Shown piece after piece: positions 18,625 through 28,833 of a stretch of 64,000 nt of DNA. The position numbers were made by a program, and so were the translations under genes. The notes under the pieces are model-generated. The model worked only from the letters and a program-made list of their open reading frames with translations. It had not been told where the DNA came from and did no database searches. The stretch's first letter is position 1; each line of letters begins with the position of its first letter. The DNA lies in NCBI GenBank assembly GCA_038253825.1, contig JBBSGT010000002.1:685-64684 (forward strand), in the 5' to 3' direction. This DNA is from Candidatus Levyibacteriota bacterium (GTDB lineage Bacteria > Patescibacteriota > Microgenomatia > Levybacterales > UBA12049).

Positions 18625-21600
18625 ATGTCAAATAAAATAAAATTATTCAGTGTTATTATACCTGTCTATAACGAAATTGGTAATATAGCGCAGTTTCATC
18701 AACACTTACTAAAAACACTTACCTCGTATAAAAAACGTTTCGAAATCATCTATATCGATGATAATTCGACAGATGGCACGTATGAATGGTTACAAAGTAT
18801 TTCCCTCGCGCCTACTATTAAGGTAATTTTAAAAAATGGCATTAAAGGTAAAGCATATTCACTCATCCAAGGTTTTGATGTAGCTAAAGGAGATGCTTTT
18901 GTCATGATTGACGGTGATCTTCAGTACCCACCGGAAAAAATTCCAGAGATGATTGATGCGCTACAAATATCTGATATTGTGGTAGCGGAACGAAAGAAAT
19001 ATAAAGATAGCACATTACGCAAATTTCTTAGTAAAGGATTCAAGACAGTATTTGGGAAAATGATGTTTGGTCTGAATACTGATATTCAATCGGGTCTGAA
19101 AGCCTTTACAAAAGAAGTCTATCAAACAATTCAGTTTCAGCCTGTTTCTCCATGGACATTCGATCTTGAATTCCTCTACCGTTCACAACAAGCAGGATTT
19201 AGTATTAAAAATGTATCAATCATCTTTGCTCCACGTTTGAGTGGCGAATCAAAAGTGAATGCTCTTAATCAATCATGGGAAATTGGAACCAACGCACTTT
19301 CAATAAAAATGAAAAGAAAGCTTTATTTGCCAATTAAGGCAGTAAAGGGTTCGATGCGTGGTGCAGGTATTGGATATAAAAAGAAAAAATATATTACCCA
19401 TACGACTTTACCTGCTTCCCTGTCTGCTATCGAAACCTTCTCTCTGTCACAGAAAATATTTTTTCTTGGATTTCCAGTTTTGTTAATCCTTGCTCTTTTT
19501 ATGTTCCCATTGCCTGCGGCAAGAACGATCGTAGGGGTTTTGAGTATGCTCTACTTCATTGATGCCCTCTTTAACGTATTTGTGGTAACTCGCAGTTTGC
19601 AAAAAGATCATGACATTAAAGTAAGTGATGATGAACTTTCACTCCTCGATGAAAGCAAATTGCCACTCTATTCTATTCTTTGTCCTTTATATAAAGAAGC
19701 GCACGTTGTACCACAATTTTTGGAAGGTATCGCAAAGCTTGACTATCCAAAAGATAAATTAGATGTGATGTTTCTTCTTGAAGAGGATGATCTAGAAACT
19801 ATTGCAGCCTTTGGTCAGATGACACTTCCTTACTATGCCCGTACAGTTATTGTTCCTGATTCACAACCAAAAACGAAACCCAAAGCTTGTAACTACGGAT
19901 TGTCTTATGCAAAGGGTAAATATCTTGTTATTTTCGATGCAGAAGATTTGCCAGATCCCCTACAACTGAAAAAGGCAGTTATCGGATTCAAAAAAGTTCC
20001 GGCAGATATTAAATGTTTACAAGCAAAGTTGAGTTATTATAACTCACGTCAGAATTTGCTTACTCGCTTCTTTACTGCAGAGTATGCTTTATGGTTTGAT
20101 GTCACACTGCCAGGTTTGCAATCGCTTAACTCAGCATTGCCGTTGGGTGGTACGAGTAACCATTTCGAGACAGCAAACTTACGCGAACTTGAAGGATGGG
20201 ATCCATTTAACGTAACAGAAGATGCTGATTTGGGTGTCCGGTTGTTCAAACATGGGTACCGTACCGCAATTATCGATTCAACAACCTACGAAGAAGCTAC
20301 AAGTGTGACAAAAAACTGGTTACGACAACGCTCCCGATGGCTTAAAGGTTACATGCAAACGTATTTAGTGCAAATGCGCAACATTAACTCATTTGTAAAG
20401 AATAAAGGTGTCTGGCATACCATAATCTTCCAATTGACAGTTGGTGGCAAGATCCTTTTCGTTCTTTTGAATCCATTTATGTGGATTATCACTATTTTGT
20501 ATTTCAGTGCGTATTCTATTTTTGGTCCGGTGATGCAGGAGATCTATCAACCTCCACTTTCCTATTTCGCAGTCTTTTCGTGGATATTTGGCAACTTTAT
20601 GTTCTTATATTGTTACATGATTGCCGTAGGAAAACGTGGTCAATGGGATCTTGCAAAGTATGTTTTGTTAATTCCGTTTTACTGGGTCCTTATGAGTACA
20701 GCTGCTATGGTTGGTTTGTATCAGCTTATCCTGAAACCTCATTATTGGGAAAAGACAATTCATGGATTCCATTTGACCAAAAAGAATCTACCGGTACCAG
20801 CGGTCAAACCGGTTGGACAGCCAATTGCACAACCTGTGTATGTTGCTGCAGCAACACCAGTAAATAAAATTAAAGATACCCCTTTTGTGCTTACAATGCC
20901 TTCACAAATAAATGTTTCAACATTTATCTTACGATGGTTACCACTCTTTGCGATATTAAACACCGATTTGGTCTTGGCACGGTTTTTCTTACCATATGAA
21001 GATGCACAACTTTATATTGTTCTTTCGTTATTTGGCAAAGCTGTTTTCATACTCAGTCAATTCCTTTCCAACGTCTTAACAGCAGCAACTTCTAAAAAGA
21101 GAGTCAGTAAAGGATATTTATATCGATTACTTTTCTTTACGTTCTTATTCAACTGGATCGGATTTGTGGTATTTGGGTTGGAAGGTTCATATACTATTCC
21201 AGCATTGCTTGGAAATACCTATACAGGCATTATTCCATACATGGGCTATTATCTTTTTGGACTTACTTGTTTGGGCTTGACGAATCGTCTTACAACCTTT
21301 AATCTCTACAAGAAAAAATATTCATATACGATGTTATCGGTAGCGATCATCTTGTTACAAGTACCCTTCATTATTCTGCACCATGAAACAGTTTATAACT
21401 TCGTACGCATCTTTGCGTACTTTGGTTCTATTAATCTTTTCGTCCTCGTTGTCCTTCAGATGAGCGTTGTTAAAAACCTCATTATGGAGAACAACTTTAT
21501 CAGCATATTTAAATTATTTGATAAGCAAGCAAGCAAAAAAGCATGGAATCAAAACAACATGCGTATTCTAATCTTTAACTGGAGAGATACAAAACACATA

Positions 21601-22713
21601 TATGCCGGGGGCGCTGAAGTGTATATTCATGAGTTAGCACAACGTTGGGTAAAAAACGGCAATAAAGTAACACTCTTTTCAGGAAATGACAACAATAATT
21701 CTGATTATGAAATAGTGGATGGTGTTGAAATATTTAGACGAGGTGGCACATATACTATCTATATATTTGCATTCCTCTATTACCTGCTCAAATTCCGTGG
21801 CAAATATGATGTCATAATCGATTGTGAGAATGGAATTCCTTTCTTCACACCTTTGTACGCGAAAGAACAAGTTATCTTGCTCGTTCATCATGTCCACCAA
21901 GAAATATTCCGTAACTTCTTGCGCTTTCCATTGAGCATAATTGCTGAACTTTTGGAAGGTAAGATGATGCCACTTGTTTATCAAAACAAAAACGTTGTCA
22001 CAGTCTCAGCTTCTTCACAGAAGGATATCTTTAAGCTCGGATTTACCAATGCGGGTAATATTGAAATTATTCCAAATGGTGTTTCTTCCGGCTTATTTGT
22101 TGACTATCCTAAAACCGATAACCCATCATTTGTCTATTTAGGCAGACTGAAAGAGTATAAAAATATTGATGTCGCCATTAAAGCTTTCGCAAAAGTGTTG
22201 CGTATTCACAAGAAAGCTACACTGGCAATTGTTGGTTCTGGAGAAAGTTTCCCCGTTTTAGCAGATCTGGTTACTGATTTAAATATCCATCACGCAATTA
22301 AATTCTATGGTCGTGTAAGTGAAGCTGAAAAGGCAAAATTATTAGCAAAAAGTTGGGCTGCAATTCAGCCTTCCCAAATTGAAGGCTGGGGAATAACCGT
22401 TATCGAAGCAAATGCAGCAGGTACACCTGTGATTGCCTCCAATGTTAATGGGTTGCAAGACTCAGTTGTCGATGGGCAAACAGGATTACTTGTTCAAGCT
22501 GGAAATGTAACACAATTTGCAAATGCTATGATGAAGATAGCAGAAGATGATGATGTTCGAATTTCACTTTCACAAGAAGCTCAATTATGGGCAAAGAAGT
22601 TCGATTGGGATTCAAGTGCTACAGCTTTTTATGGTCTCATCGGTAAGAACTTGGGTCAAGGTGCAATCCAGCCTTCATATACAGAAGTTGCTTTTACTTC
22701 ATCAGAAAAATAA
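18625..22713 (+). CDS. Four-domain fusion: DPM1-like GT2 + processive GT2 + flippase-like membrane segment + GT4
   Basis: IIPVYNE/IDGDLQY; KTKPKACNYG/FDAED/TEDAD/QRSRW; about six extra TMs; GT4 motifs NWRDTKHIYAGGAE and EGWGITVIEA. Confidence 0.88.
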   Translation: MSNKIKLFSVIIPVYNEIGNIAQFHQHLLKTLTSYKKRFEIIYIDDNSTDGTYEWLQSISLAPTIKVILKNGIKGKAYSLIQGFDVAKGDAFVMIDGDLQYPPEKIPEMIDALQISDIVVAERKKYKDSTLRKFLSKGFKTVFGKMMFGLNTDIQSGLKAFTKEVYQTIQFQPVSPWTFDLEFLYRSQQAGFSIKNVSIIFAPRLSGESKVNALNQSWEIGTNALSIKMKRKLYLPIKAVKGSMRGAGIGYKKKKYITHTTLPASLSAIETFSLSQKIFFLGFPVLLILALFMFPLPAARTIVGVLSMLYFIDALFNVFVVTRSLQKDHDIKVSDDELSLLDESKLPLYSILCPLYKEAHVVPQFLEGIAKLDYPKDKLDVMFLLEEDDLETIAAFGQMTLPYYARTVIVPDSQPKTKPKACNYGLSYAKGKYLVIFDAEDLPDPLQLKKAVIGFKKVPADIKCLQAKLSYYNSRQNLLTRFFTAEYALWFDVTLPGLQSLNSALPLGGTSNHFETANLRELEGWDPFNVTEDADLGVRLFKHGYRTAIIDSTTYEEATSVTKNWLRQRSRWLKGYMQTYLVQMRNINSFVKNKGVWHTIIFQLTVGGKILFVLLNPFMWIITILYFSAYSIFGPVMQEIYQPPLSYFAVFSWIFGNFMFLYCYMIAVGKRGQWDLAKYVLLIPFYWVLMSTAAMVGLYQLILKPHYWEKTIHGFHLTKKNLPVPAVKPVGQPIAQPVYVAAATPVNKIKDTPFVLTMPSQINVSTFILRWLPLFAILNTDLVLARFFLPYEDAQLYIVLSLFGKAVFILSQFLSNVLTAATSKKRVSKGYLYRLLFFTFLFNWIGFVVFGLEGSYTIPALLGNTYTGIIPYMGYYLFGLTCLGLTNRLTTFNLYKKKYSYTMLSVAIILLQVPFIILHHETVYNFVRIFAYFGSINLFVLVVLQMSVVKNLIMENNFISIFKLFDKQASKKAWNQNNMRILIFNWRDTKHIYAGGAEVYIHELAQRWVKNGNKVTLFSGNDNNNSDYEIVDGVEIFRRGGTYTIYIFAFLYYLLKFRGKYDVIIDCENGIPFFTPLYAKEQVILLVHHVHQEIFRNFLRFPLSIIAELLEGKMMPLVYQNKNVVTVSASSQKDIFKLGFTNAGNIEIIPNGVSSGLFVDYPKTDNPSFVYLGRLKEYKNIDVAIKAFAKVLRIHKKATLAIVGSGESFPVLADLVTDLNIHHAIKFYGRVSEAEKAKLLAKSWAAIQPSQIEGWGITVIEANAAGTPVIASNVNGLQDSVVDGQTGLLVQAGNVTQFANAMMKIAEDDDVRISLSQEAQLWAKKFDWDSSATAFYGLIGKNLGQGAIQPSYTEVAFTSSEK

Positions 22714-22725
22714 TTATAAAGATTT

Positions 22726-23616
22726 ATGAAACATCTACCTAGTATCTCAATTGGTATCCCGGCTTATAACGAAGCAAGAAATATTAAAAAACTTCTTAAG
22801 TCGCTCCTCGCGCAAAAGGAAGTTGGTTTCCGTTTAGAATCTATTATTGTCGTTTCTGATGGAAGTTTTGATACAACAGGAATCCAAGTAAAGTCTCTCA
22901 AAGACAAACGTATTAAACTCTGGGATGACCATAAGCGACTTGGAAAATCAGCTCGGCTTAATCAACTTTTTCGCAAAAATTCAGCTGATGTATTAATACT
23001 CGCAGACGCGGATATCAAAATTGCCGATCCTAACCTTTTAAGTACCATAATAAATGATAGCGATTTTAAACATGAAGGTATTGTCGCCGTAAATGCCACA
23101 CCAACAAGGGGAAAAACATTTATCGAAAATTCACTCAATGCCGGGGCTTTTGCTGTTAAACAAATGTCGGAAGACTGGAGAAACGGTAATAACTATTTAT
23201 CCTTCAAAGGTTGTTTTCTGGCTTTGGATAAAAATTTAGTGAAGAAAATTTCTATACCTGCAACTCTTGTTAATAATGACGCATTTCTTTACTTTTCAGC
23301 GCTTGCGTATAATTACACACCTGCCTACAGAAAAAATTGCGTCGTTTATTATCGTTCACCTGCAACACTGGATGATCATATTAAACAATCATCAAGATTT
23401 AAAAGCTCAAGTGAAGAATTAAAACAATATTTCAAACTGGATTTAGAAAAAGAATATAAAACACCCATTGCAATTATGCTTAGTAGCATACTACAATCAT
23501 TAATAAAGAGACCGGTCTTTTTCCTTGCTTATCTCGGCATTAATAGTATTTCTCAAATCAAAAAGCAAACCAATATTAAGAGTACATGGAGTATTGCTTC
23601 TTCAACAAAACAGTAA
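22726..23616 (+). CDS. Glycosyltransferase family 2
   Basis: IGIPAYNE, VVSDGS, LADAD. Confidence 0.88.
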   Translation: MKHLPSISIGIPAYNEARNIKKLLKSLLAQKEVGFRLESIIVVSDGSFDTTGIQVKSLKDKRIKLWDDHKRLGKSARLNQLFRKNSADVLILADADIKIADPNLLSTIINDSDFKHEGIVAVNATPTRGKTFIENSLNAGAFAVKQMSEDWRNGNNYLSFKGCFLALDKNLVKKISIPATLVNNDAFLYFSALAYNYTPAYRKNCVVYYRSPATLDDHIKQSSRFKSSSEELKQYFKLDLEKEYKTPIAIMLSSILQSLIKRPVFFLAYLGINSISQIKKQTNIKSTWSIASSTKQ

Positions 23617-23641
23617 ATATCGCGTTTGACTCTTCTTATCC

Positions 23642-24733
23642 ATGAAAACCGACAAATATCAAAAATTACCATTATTTCATTTTTCTTCAGAGTTGAAGAG
23701 ACGTCATATAAAGAAAAACCTTAAGTGCGTTATCTTTGGCAATTTCGGCGCAATGAATTTAGGGGATGAAGCGATCCTCGCAGGTGAAATACAAGAGTTG
23801 CAAAAACTGCCAAATATAGCAATTACCGTTGTAGCTCGTTACCCTGAAGAAATTAAACGCTTACATCAGGTTCAAAGCATTTCACTTTATAATCTGCGTG
23901 AAATTAGACGGGCTGTAAAGAAATCTGATTTTGTCATAGTTGGTGGCGGTGGTCTTATTAATAAAGTAGAGAGAAGTTTTATTGGATTTGGATATCAGCT
24001 GTATATGTTATTTACGTTCTTTTTTCTCCCGCGTTTTTATAAACGGAAATTATATATCTTTGGTGTCGGAATTTACAGCAACGCAAATTCTCTGATCTTA
24101 CATCTTGCTTATCCATTAATTAAATACGCAAGCATAGTTACTGTTCGTGACCATCATTCTTATGCCTTTTTAAAAAGTAAAAACATTCACGCAATGCTTT
24201 ATAAAGATAATAGTTTTCTTATGGATTTAGCACCAATGGATGTTGTTATGAAAGAGGAAATATTCAAAAAAGAATATAGAAAAGATCGAGATAATATCGG
24301 TATTTCACTTGTAAAACCAGATAGTCCGGCTGAAGAAAAGCGATTGATAAATGAAATCTCAGCCTTTATACTCGATAATCATAAATATTCGGATTTTTGG
24401 TTCTATCCAGCTGATTATAATCCCGAATACGAGGGTGATCATAAACTTATGGAACGTGTTCTTATCAAGGCAAAAAAACAAACAAAAGATCCAATCATAC
24501 TTCATACAGTACCTATGAAAGCAACTCCCCAAGTTTTTTTCGGATCAATTAAATTAATGAATCGTTTTATTGCGATGCGTTTTCATGCAGCTGTTTTTGC
24601 TTATCGCAATAAAGTTCGCTTTACAGGTATATCTTATGATAAAAAAGTAGCGAGTTTTCTGGAAGCAGTCGGAAAAACTTCTTTAAGCCTCAAAACCTTC
24701 AAGGCAAAAGATATCGAAAATAGTATCTTATAG
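23642..24733 (+). CDS. Polysaccharide pyruvyl transferase (CsaB/WcaK-like)
   Basis: GNFGAMNLGDEAIL, GGGGL, GVGI, TVRD, MRFHA, ISYDKKV. Confidence 0.88.
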   Translation: MKTDKYQKLPLFHFSSELKRRHIKKNLKCVIFGNFGAMNLGDEAILAGEIQELQKLPNIAITVVARYPEEIKRLHQVQSISLYNLREIRRAVKKSDFVIVGGGGLINKVERSFIGFGYQLYMLFTFFFLPRFYKRKLYIFGVGIYSNANSLILHLAYPLIKYASIVTVRDHHSYAFLKSKNIHAMLYKDNSFLMDLAPMDVVMKEEIFKKEYRKDRDNIGISLVKPDSPAEEKRLINEISAFILDNHKYSDFWFYPADYNPEYEGDHKLMERVLIKAKKQTKDPIILHTVPMKATPQVFFGSIKLMNRFIAMRFHAAVFAYRNKVRFTGISYDKKVASFLEAVGKTSLSLKTFKAKDIENSIL

Positions 24734-24796
24734 TTTGCATTTCCTGAGTATTTAGTGTATAATGCCAGAACCTATAATCTAGGTAAGACTTTGAGT

Positions 24797-25609
24797 ATGT
24801 ATTTATTATTTAAAATAGTAACAAGTATCAGAAAAATGGTATATCAAATACTCGGTTCACTAGACCAATTTGTTTTCCATATGAAAAATCCTGTTGTTAT
24901 CCTCTCGTATCATAGTGTTTCAAATGATGATTGGCGTTTTAGTGTAAGCGAAAAATCACTCAAAAAACAAATCGCTTATCTCAAAAAACATTTTGAGATT
25001 ATTACCCTCAAAAAACTTAGTGACCACCTTTCTGGAAAAAAGAAATTAACCCGTCCCGCCGTTGTACTTACTTTTGATGATGGGTATAAAGATATTTTGA
25101 AAATGGAAGCATATTTTAAGAAAAATAAAATTAAACCTGCATTATTTGTCCTCGCAAATAGTAAAAATCCAAATAGACAAGAATTGGGAAATAAAAAATC
25201 TTTCTTAAGTAAAAAAGAAATTCAATATTTGCACAATTCGGGTTGGGAAATTGGTTGTCACAGCGCAACACACGCAAACCTCGCAAGACTTTCTCAAAAA
25301 GAGCTTGATAAAGAAATTATGCAAGCCAAGCACAAAATGGAAAAGCAATTAGGATTTTCTATCCCCTATTTTGCTTATCCTCGTGGTAAATATAATGCAA
25401 ACGTAGTACGCTTAGTAAAAGTTGCGAACTTTTTAATGGGCTTTACTATGGATGATGGTATTATCAAACCAAATCGTGATGTATATACAATCCCACGGGT
25501 AGGAATTGATAGCACGCATACTTTTAGTGAATTCATTAATACTTTTTCTCCTTCAGTTGTCCGTTTTCGAGGTTTAATAAAGCGAAGTTCTGTGGGGAGG
25601 TATTTATGA
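24797..25609 (+). CDS. Polysaccharide deacetylase (IcaB/PgaB-like CE4)
   Basis: LSYHSV, LTFDDGY, EIGCHSATH, FAYPRG, IPRV. Start codon uncertain. Confidence 0.88.
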   Translation: MYLLFKIVTSIRKMVYQILGSLDQFVFHMKNPVVILSYHSVSNDDWRFSVSEKSLKKQIAYLKKHFEIITLKKLSDHLSGKKKLTRPAVVLTFDDGYKDILKMEAYFKKNKIKPALFVLANSKNPNRQELGNKKSFLSKKEIQYLHNSGWEIGCHSATHANLARLSQKELDKEIMQAKHKMEKQLGFSIPYFAYPRGKYNANVVRLVKVANFLMGFTMDDGIIKPNRDVYTIPRVGIDSTHTFSEFINTFSPSVVRFRGLIKRSSVGRYL

Positions 25610-27192
25610 ACAAGTGGTTAGCAAATAAAAAAATTAAAATCTTAGGATATGTTCTGTTCACGTTTTTCTGCGCTTTAGTTTTGACATTATCAGTTCGTGG
25701 ACTTCCGGGCAATCCTGACACGAGTCAACTTAACAGATTAACCTGGAAAGATAACGGACCCCTAGAATTATCACCAGAACGTGGCCGTTACGCGTTGACA
25801 TACGCTATTGCAGAGACACATAAATTCAGTTTTTCACCTGATTTAGCGCGTTTTGCTGCGCCGGACGTGGGCTTTCTCAATGGACAATATGTCTCTCTGT
25901 TCGCGCCTACTGTATCATTTATTATTCTTCCCGGGTATTTGCTAGGAAAAGCAGTTGGGTTTGCACAAGTGGGAAGTTTTGCTGTGATTGCTTTATTTGC
26001 TTTGTTTAATGTCTATCTTATTCGTTCGATTTCCATAAAATTGGGCGCACACCCATTAGCTGGATTGATTGCTGGATTAGTATTCCTTTTTGCGACGCCT
26101 GCTTTTGCCTATGCCGTCACACTGTACCAACACCACATCTCAACATTTATCATTTTATCTGGTATTTATCTGTTAATTAGCTTTGACTCAGTGTGGGCGC
26201 TTATTGGTATTTGGATGCTTTGTGCTTTATCAATTTCGGTTGATTACCCGAATTTCTTTATGATGTTACCTATCGGCATCGGTGCGTTAGGTCGAACCAT
26301 CATAGCTAAAAAGCAACAGTATGGTTACGTTGTTAAAATCCCTGTTATGCGGGTTCTTGCGTTACTTACCATGATTATTCCATTGGCTTTCTTCTTATGG
26401 TTTAACAATGCTTCTTACGGAAGTCCTTTCCAATTATCAGGTACTGTAGATCGTTCGGTCCAAATTAATCCAAATGGTTCTCCTGTTTTGGAAAGTGAAC
26501 AGGTTAAAGCCCGGTTAAAATCAGCCGGCCAGCCTGCAGTAATTCCGCAAAAAAGTGCGTTAGGAGCATTTAATAGTCGGCTTATTATGCAAGGATTTTA
26601 TATTTATTTCTTCAGTCCAGATCGTGGAATAATTGTTTATACGCCTGTTATGCTTTTTGGATTTGCCGGTTTATTCCTAGCGCTCAAACAGAAACTGAAA
26701 TATACATGGTTATTGGTAGCAGTCATTGGATTTAATATTTTATTATACTCTATGTGGGATGATCCATATGGGGGTTGGGCATTTGGTTCACGTTATTTAA
26801 TCCCCTCATATGGAGTCCTGTCAATTTTCTTAGCGTATATATTGACCAGACTTTCAAAATATAATCTCTTTTTACTTTTCTTCTTCGCGATATATGTGTA
26901 TTCAGTAAGTGTCAATACACTTGGAGCACTTACCTCAAACAGAAATCCGCCCCAAGTCGAAGCTGTTGCTCTCTCTAAAGTAACGGGGCATGATGAACCA
27001 TATACCTACATCCGAAATCTGAATATTCTAAACTCAAATGAATCTAAATCAATCGTGTTTGATACGTATGCCACAAATTATATGAGTGCATGGAATTATT
27101 ATAGTTATGTAATGGTTCTTATTATTGTTGTCTCAGCGTTTTTACTGATGACATTGAAGTCGGTAACGAAAGGAGTTAAACATGCACTTTAA
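25606..27192 (+). CDS. Multi-pass membrane protein, probable GT-C glycosyltransferase (second type)
   Basis: About 11 TMs, FSPDRGIIVYTP, GGWAFGSRYLIP; located inside the glycan operon. Confidence 0.65.
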   Translation: MNKWLANKKIKILGYVLFTFFCALVLTLSVRGLPGNPDTSQLNRLTWKDNGPLELSPERGRYALTYAIAETHKFSFSPDLARFAAPDVGFLNGQYVSLFAPTVSFIILPGYLLGKAVGFAQVGSFAVIALFALFNVYLIRSISIKLGAHPLAGLIAGLVFLFATPAFAYAVTLYQHHISTFIILSGIYLLISFDSVWALIGIWMLCALSISVDYPNFFMMLPIGIGALGRTIIAKKQQYGYVVKIPVMRVLALLTMIIPLAFFLWFNNASYGSPFQLSGTVDRSVQINPNGSPVLESEQVKARLKSAGQPAVIPQKSALGAFNSRLIMQGFYIYFFSPDRGIIVYTPVMLFGFAGLFLALKQKLKYTWLLVAVIGFNILLYSMWDDPYGGWAFGSRYLIPSYGVLSIFLAYILTRLSKYNLFLLFFFAIYVYSVSVNTLGALTSNRNPPQVEAVALSKVTGHDEPYTYIRNLNILNSNESKSIVFDTYATNYMSAWNYYSYVMVLIIVVSAFLLMTLKSVTKGVKHAL

Positions 27193-28810
27193 TATCAGAA
27201 CATTTTCATTACAATTTTCAATCAACAATAAACCCGTAGAGGCAGCAAAAAAGTTATTTGAAAATCATGCAACAGTCATCCTCTTTTTCATGTTGAGTAT
27301 GATTTCTATTGCGAGCTTCTTATACTTTCTTTCAAATCATTTAGGTGTTGCATACAATGATGCCAGGTCACATTTGGATATTGCCCGTCGTGTTGTCGAA
27401 AATCTTAAACCCGGATTTGCTCAGCTAGGGAGTGTTTGGTTACCGCTTCCTCATTTACTTGCTACGTTGACAGTTTGGAATGACACGATGTGGCATACAG
27501 GACTGGCTGGCGCATTACAATCAATGATTTCGTATGTTGCCACAGGTATTCTTATTTACCGCATTTTGCAAGCACTGGGCGTTACTCTTTATGGTCGATT
27601 AGTAGGTGTTATTGTCTTTGCTTTGAATTTGAATATTATTTACATGCAATCTACAGCGATGACGGAGTTACTGCTTCTCGGTACGATGACTGCCGGCGTC
27701 TATGAATTAATCCAGTGGCACAAAGAAGAAAAAATGACACGACTTCTTATGTCAGGATTGTGGATTATGCTTTCAACGATGATTCGTTATGATGGTTGGT
27801 TTCTCCTTTTCTTTGCCACCATATTGATTATCATTCAGACCATGCGAAAACATAATTATAAAACTACAGAGGGTGTCGTGGTAATCTTCGGAACCTTGGC
27901 TGGATTTGGTATATTCCTCTGGTTTTTCTGGAATTTGATAATTTTTAAAGATCCACTTTACTTTATCTTAGGACCTTATGCAGCGGGAACACAACAACAA
28001 CAGTTGGCTGATGCTGGTGTTCTTGCAACCAAGCATAACCTGCCATTCTCACTCCAAACTTATATCTACGCTATCTTTTATAACAGTGGCGTCTTCACAA
28101 CGATTTTGGCATTTATAGGGGTTATTTTATTCTGGTTTGATAAAAAAATTAGTAAAGAGTTACGATATGCTGCAACTGCACTTTTAGCGCCATTTATATT
28201 CAATGTCCTTTCGCTTTACTTAGGACAATCAGTACTCTTTGTTCAAGGGTTACATGGAAATTCTTGGTTTAACGTCCGTTATGGTTTAATGATGATACCT
28301 TCAATTGCTGTATTTGTCGGTTATCTGACACAGCGAGTAAAACCAGTACGCTATGTCATTTTAGCGTTATTACTTTTTGTGACTTTTTTCAGTTATGTTA
28401 ATCGTGATGCCGTGACTATTGATGATGCTGTATTTGGTGCAAGTGGTAAAAATGTATCACAAGTTAGTAGCTGGCTGAATCAACATGTACCTAACAAGCC
28501 GGGATTTGTCTTAATATCAGTTGCTTCCCATGATGCTATTATTTTCTCTTCAGGTTTACCGATGAGCCGATTTATTCATGAAGGAACTGGTTTGTATTGG
28601 AATGCGGCTATAGCTCACCCTGTGCATTGGGCTCGCTGGATTATTTTGCGCACTGGTGATGCAAACGATCAAACATATAGATTATTGCATAATAATCGAG
28701 AATTCAAGAATGATTATACATTAACAGACCATTATCCTTTTGCTGACATTTATGAAATTAAGCCGCAATACGTGAAAGATCTTCACATCAAACCTTCCCT
28801 GGAACTCTAA
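27182..28810 (+). CDS. GT-C-fold glycosyltransferase, paralog 2
   Basis: YNDARSH...PGFAQLGSVWLP, QSTAMTE, IRYDGW, FNVRYG, FIHEG. Confidence 0.75.
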   Translation: MHFNIRTFSLQFSINNKPVEAAKKLFENHATVILFFMLSMISIASFLYFLSNHLGVAYNDARSHLDIARRVVENLKPGFAQLGSVWLPLPHLLATLTVWNDTMWHTGLAGALQSMISYVATGILIYRILQALGVTLYGRLVGVIVFALNLNIIYMQSTAMTELLLLGTMTAGVYELIQWHKEEKMTRLLMSGLWIMLSTMIRYDGWFLLFFATILIIIQTMRKHNYKTTEGVVVIFGTLAGFGIFLWFFWNLIIFKDPLYFILGPYAAGTQQQQLADAGVLATKHNLPFSLQTYIYAIFYNSGVFTTILAFIGVILFWFDKKISKELRYAATALLAPFIFNVLSLYLGQSVLFVQGLHGNSWFNVRYGLMMIPSIAVFVGYLTQRVKPVRYVILALLLFVTFFSYVNRDAVTIDDAVFGASGKNVSQVSSWLNQHVPNKPGFVLISVASHDAIIFSSGLPMSRFIHEGTGLYWNAAIAHPVHWARWIILRTGDANDQTYRLLHNNREFKNDYTLTDHYPFADIYEIKPQYVKDLHIKPSLEL

Positions 28811-28833
28811 TTATTTTCGGGTATAATAAATAT

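Noticed and set aside
15864-22713. Cellulose synthase bcsA, pel or ica/pga operon
   Set aside because: QxxRW is shared, but no PilZ domain or bcsB/pelD-G/icaD partners were recognised.
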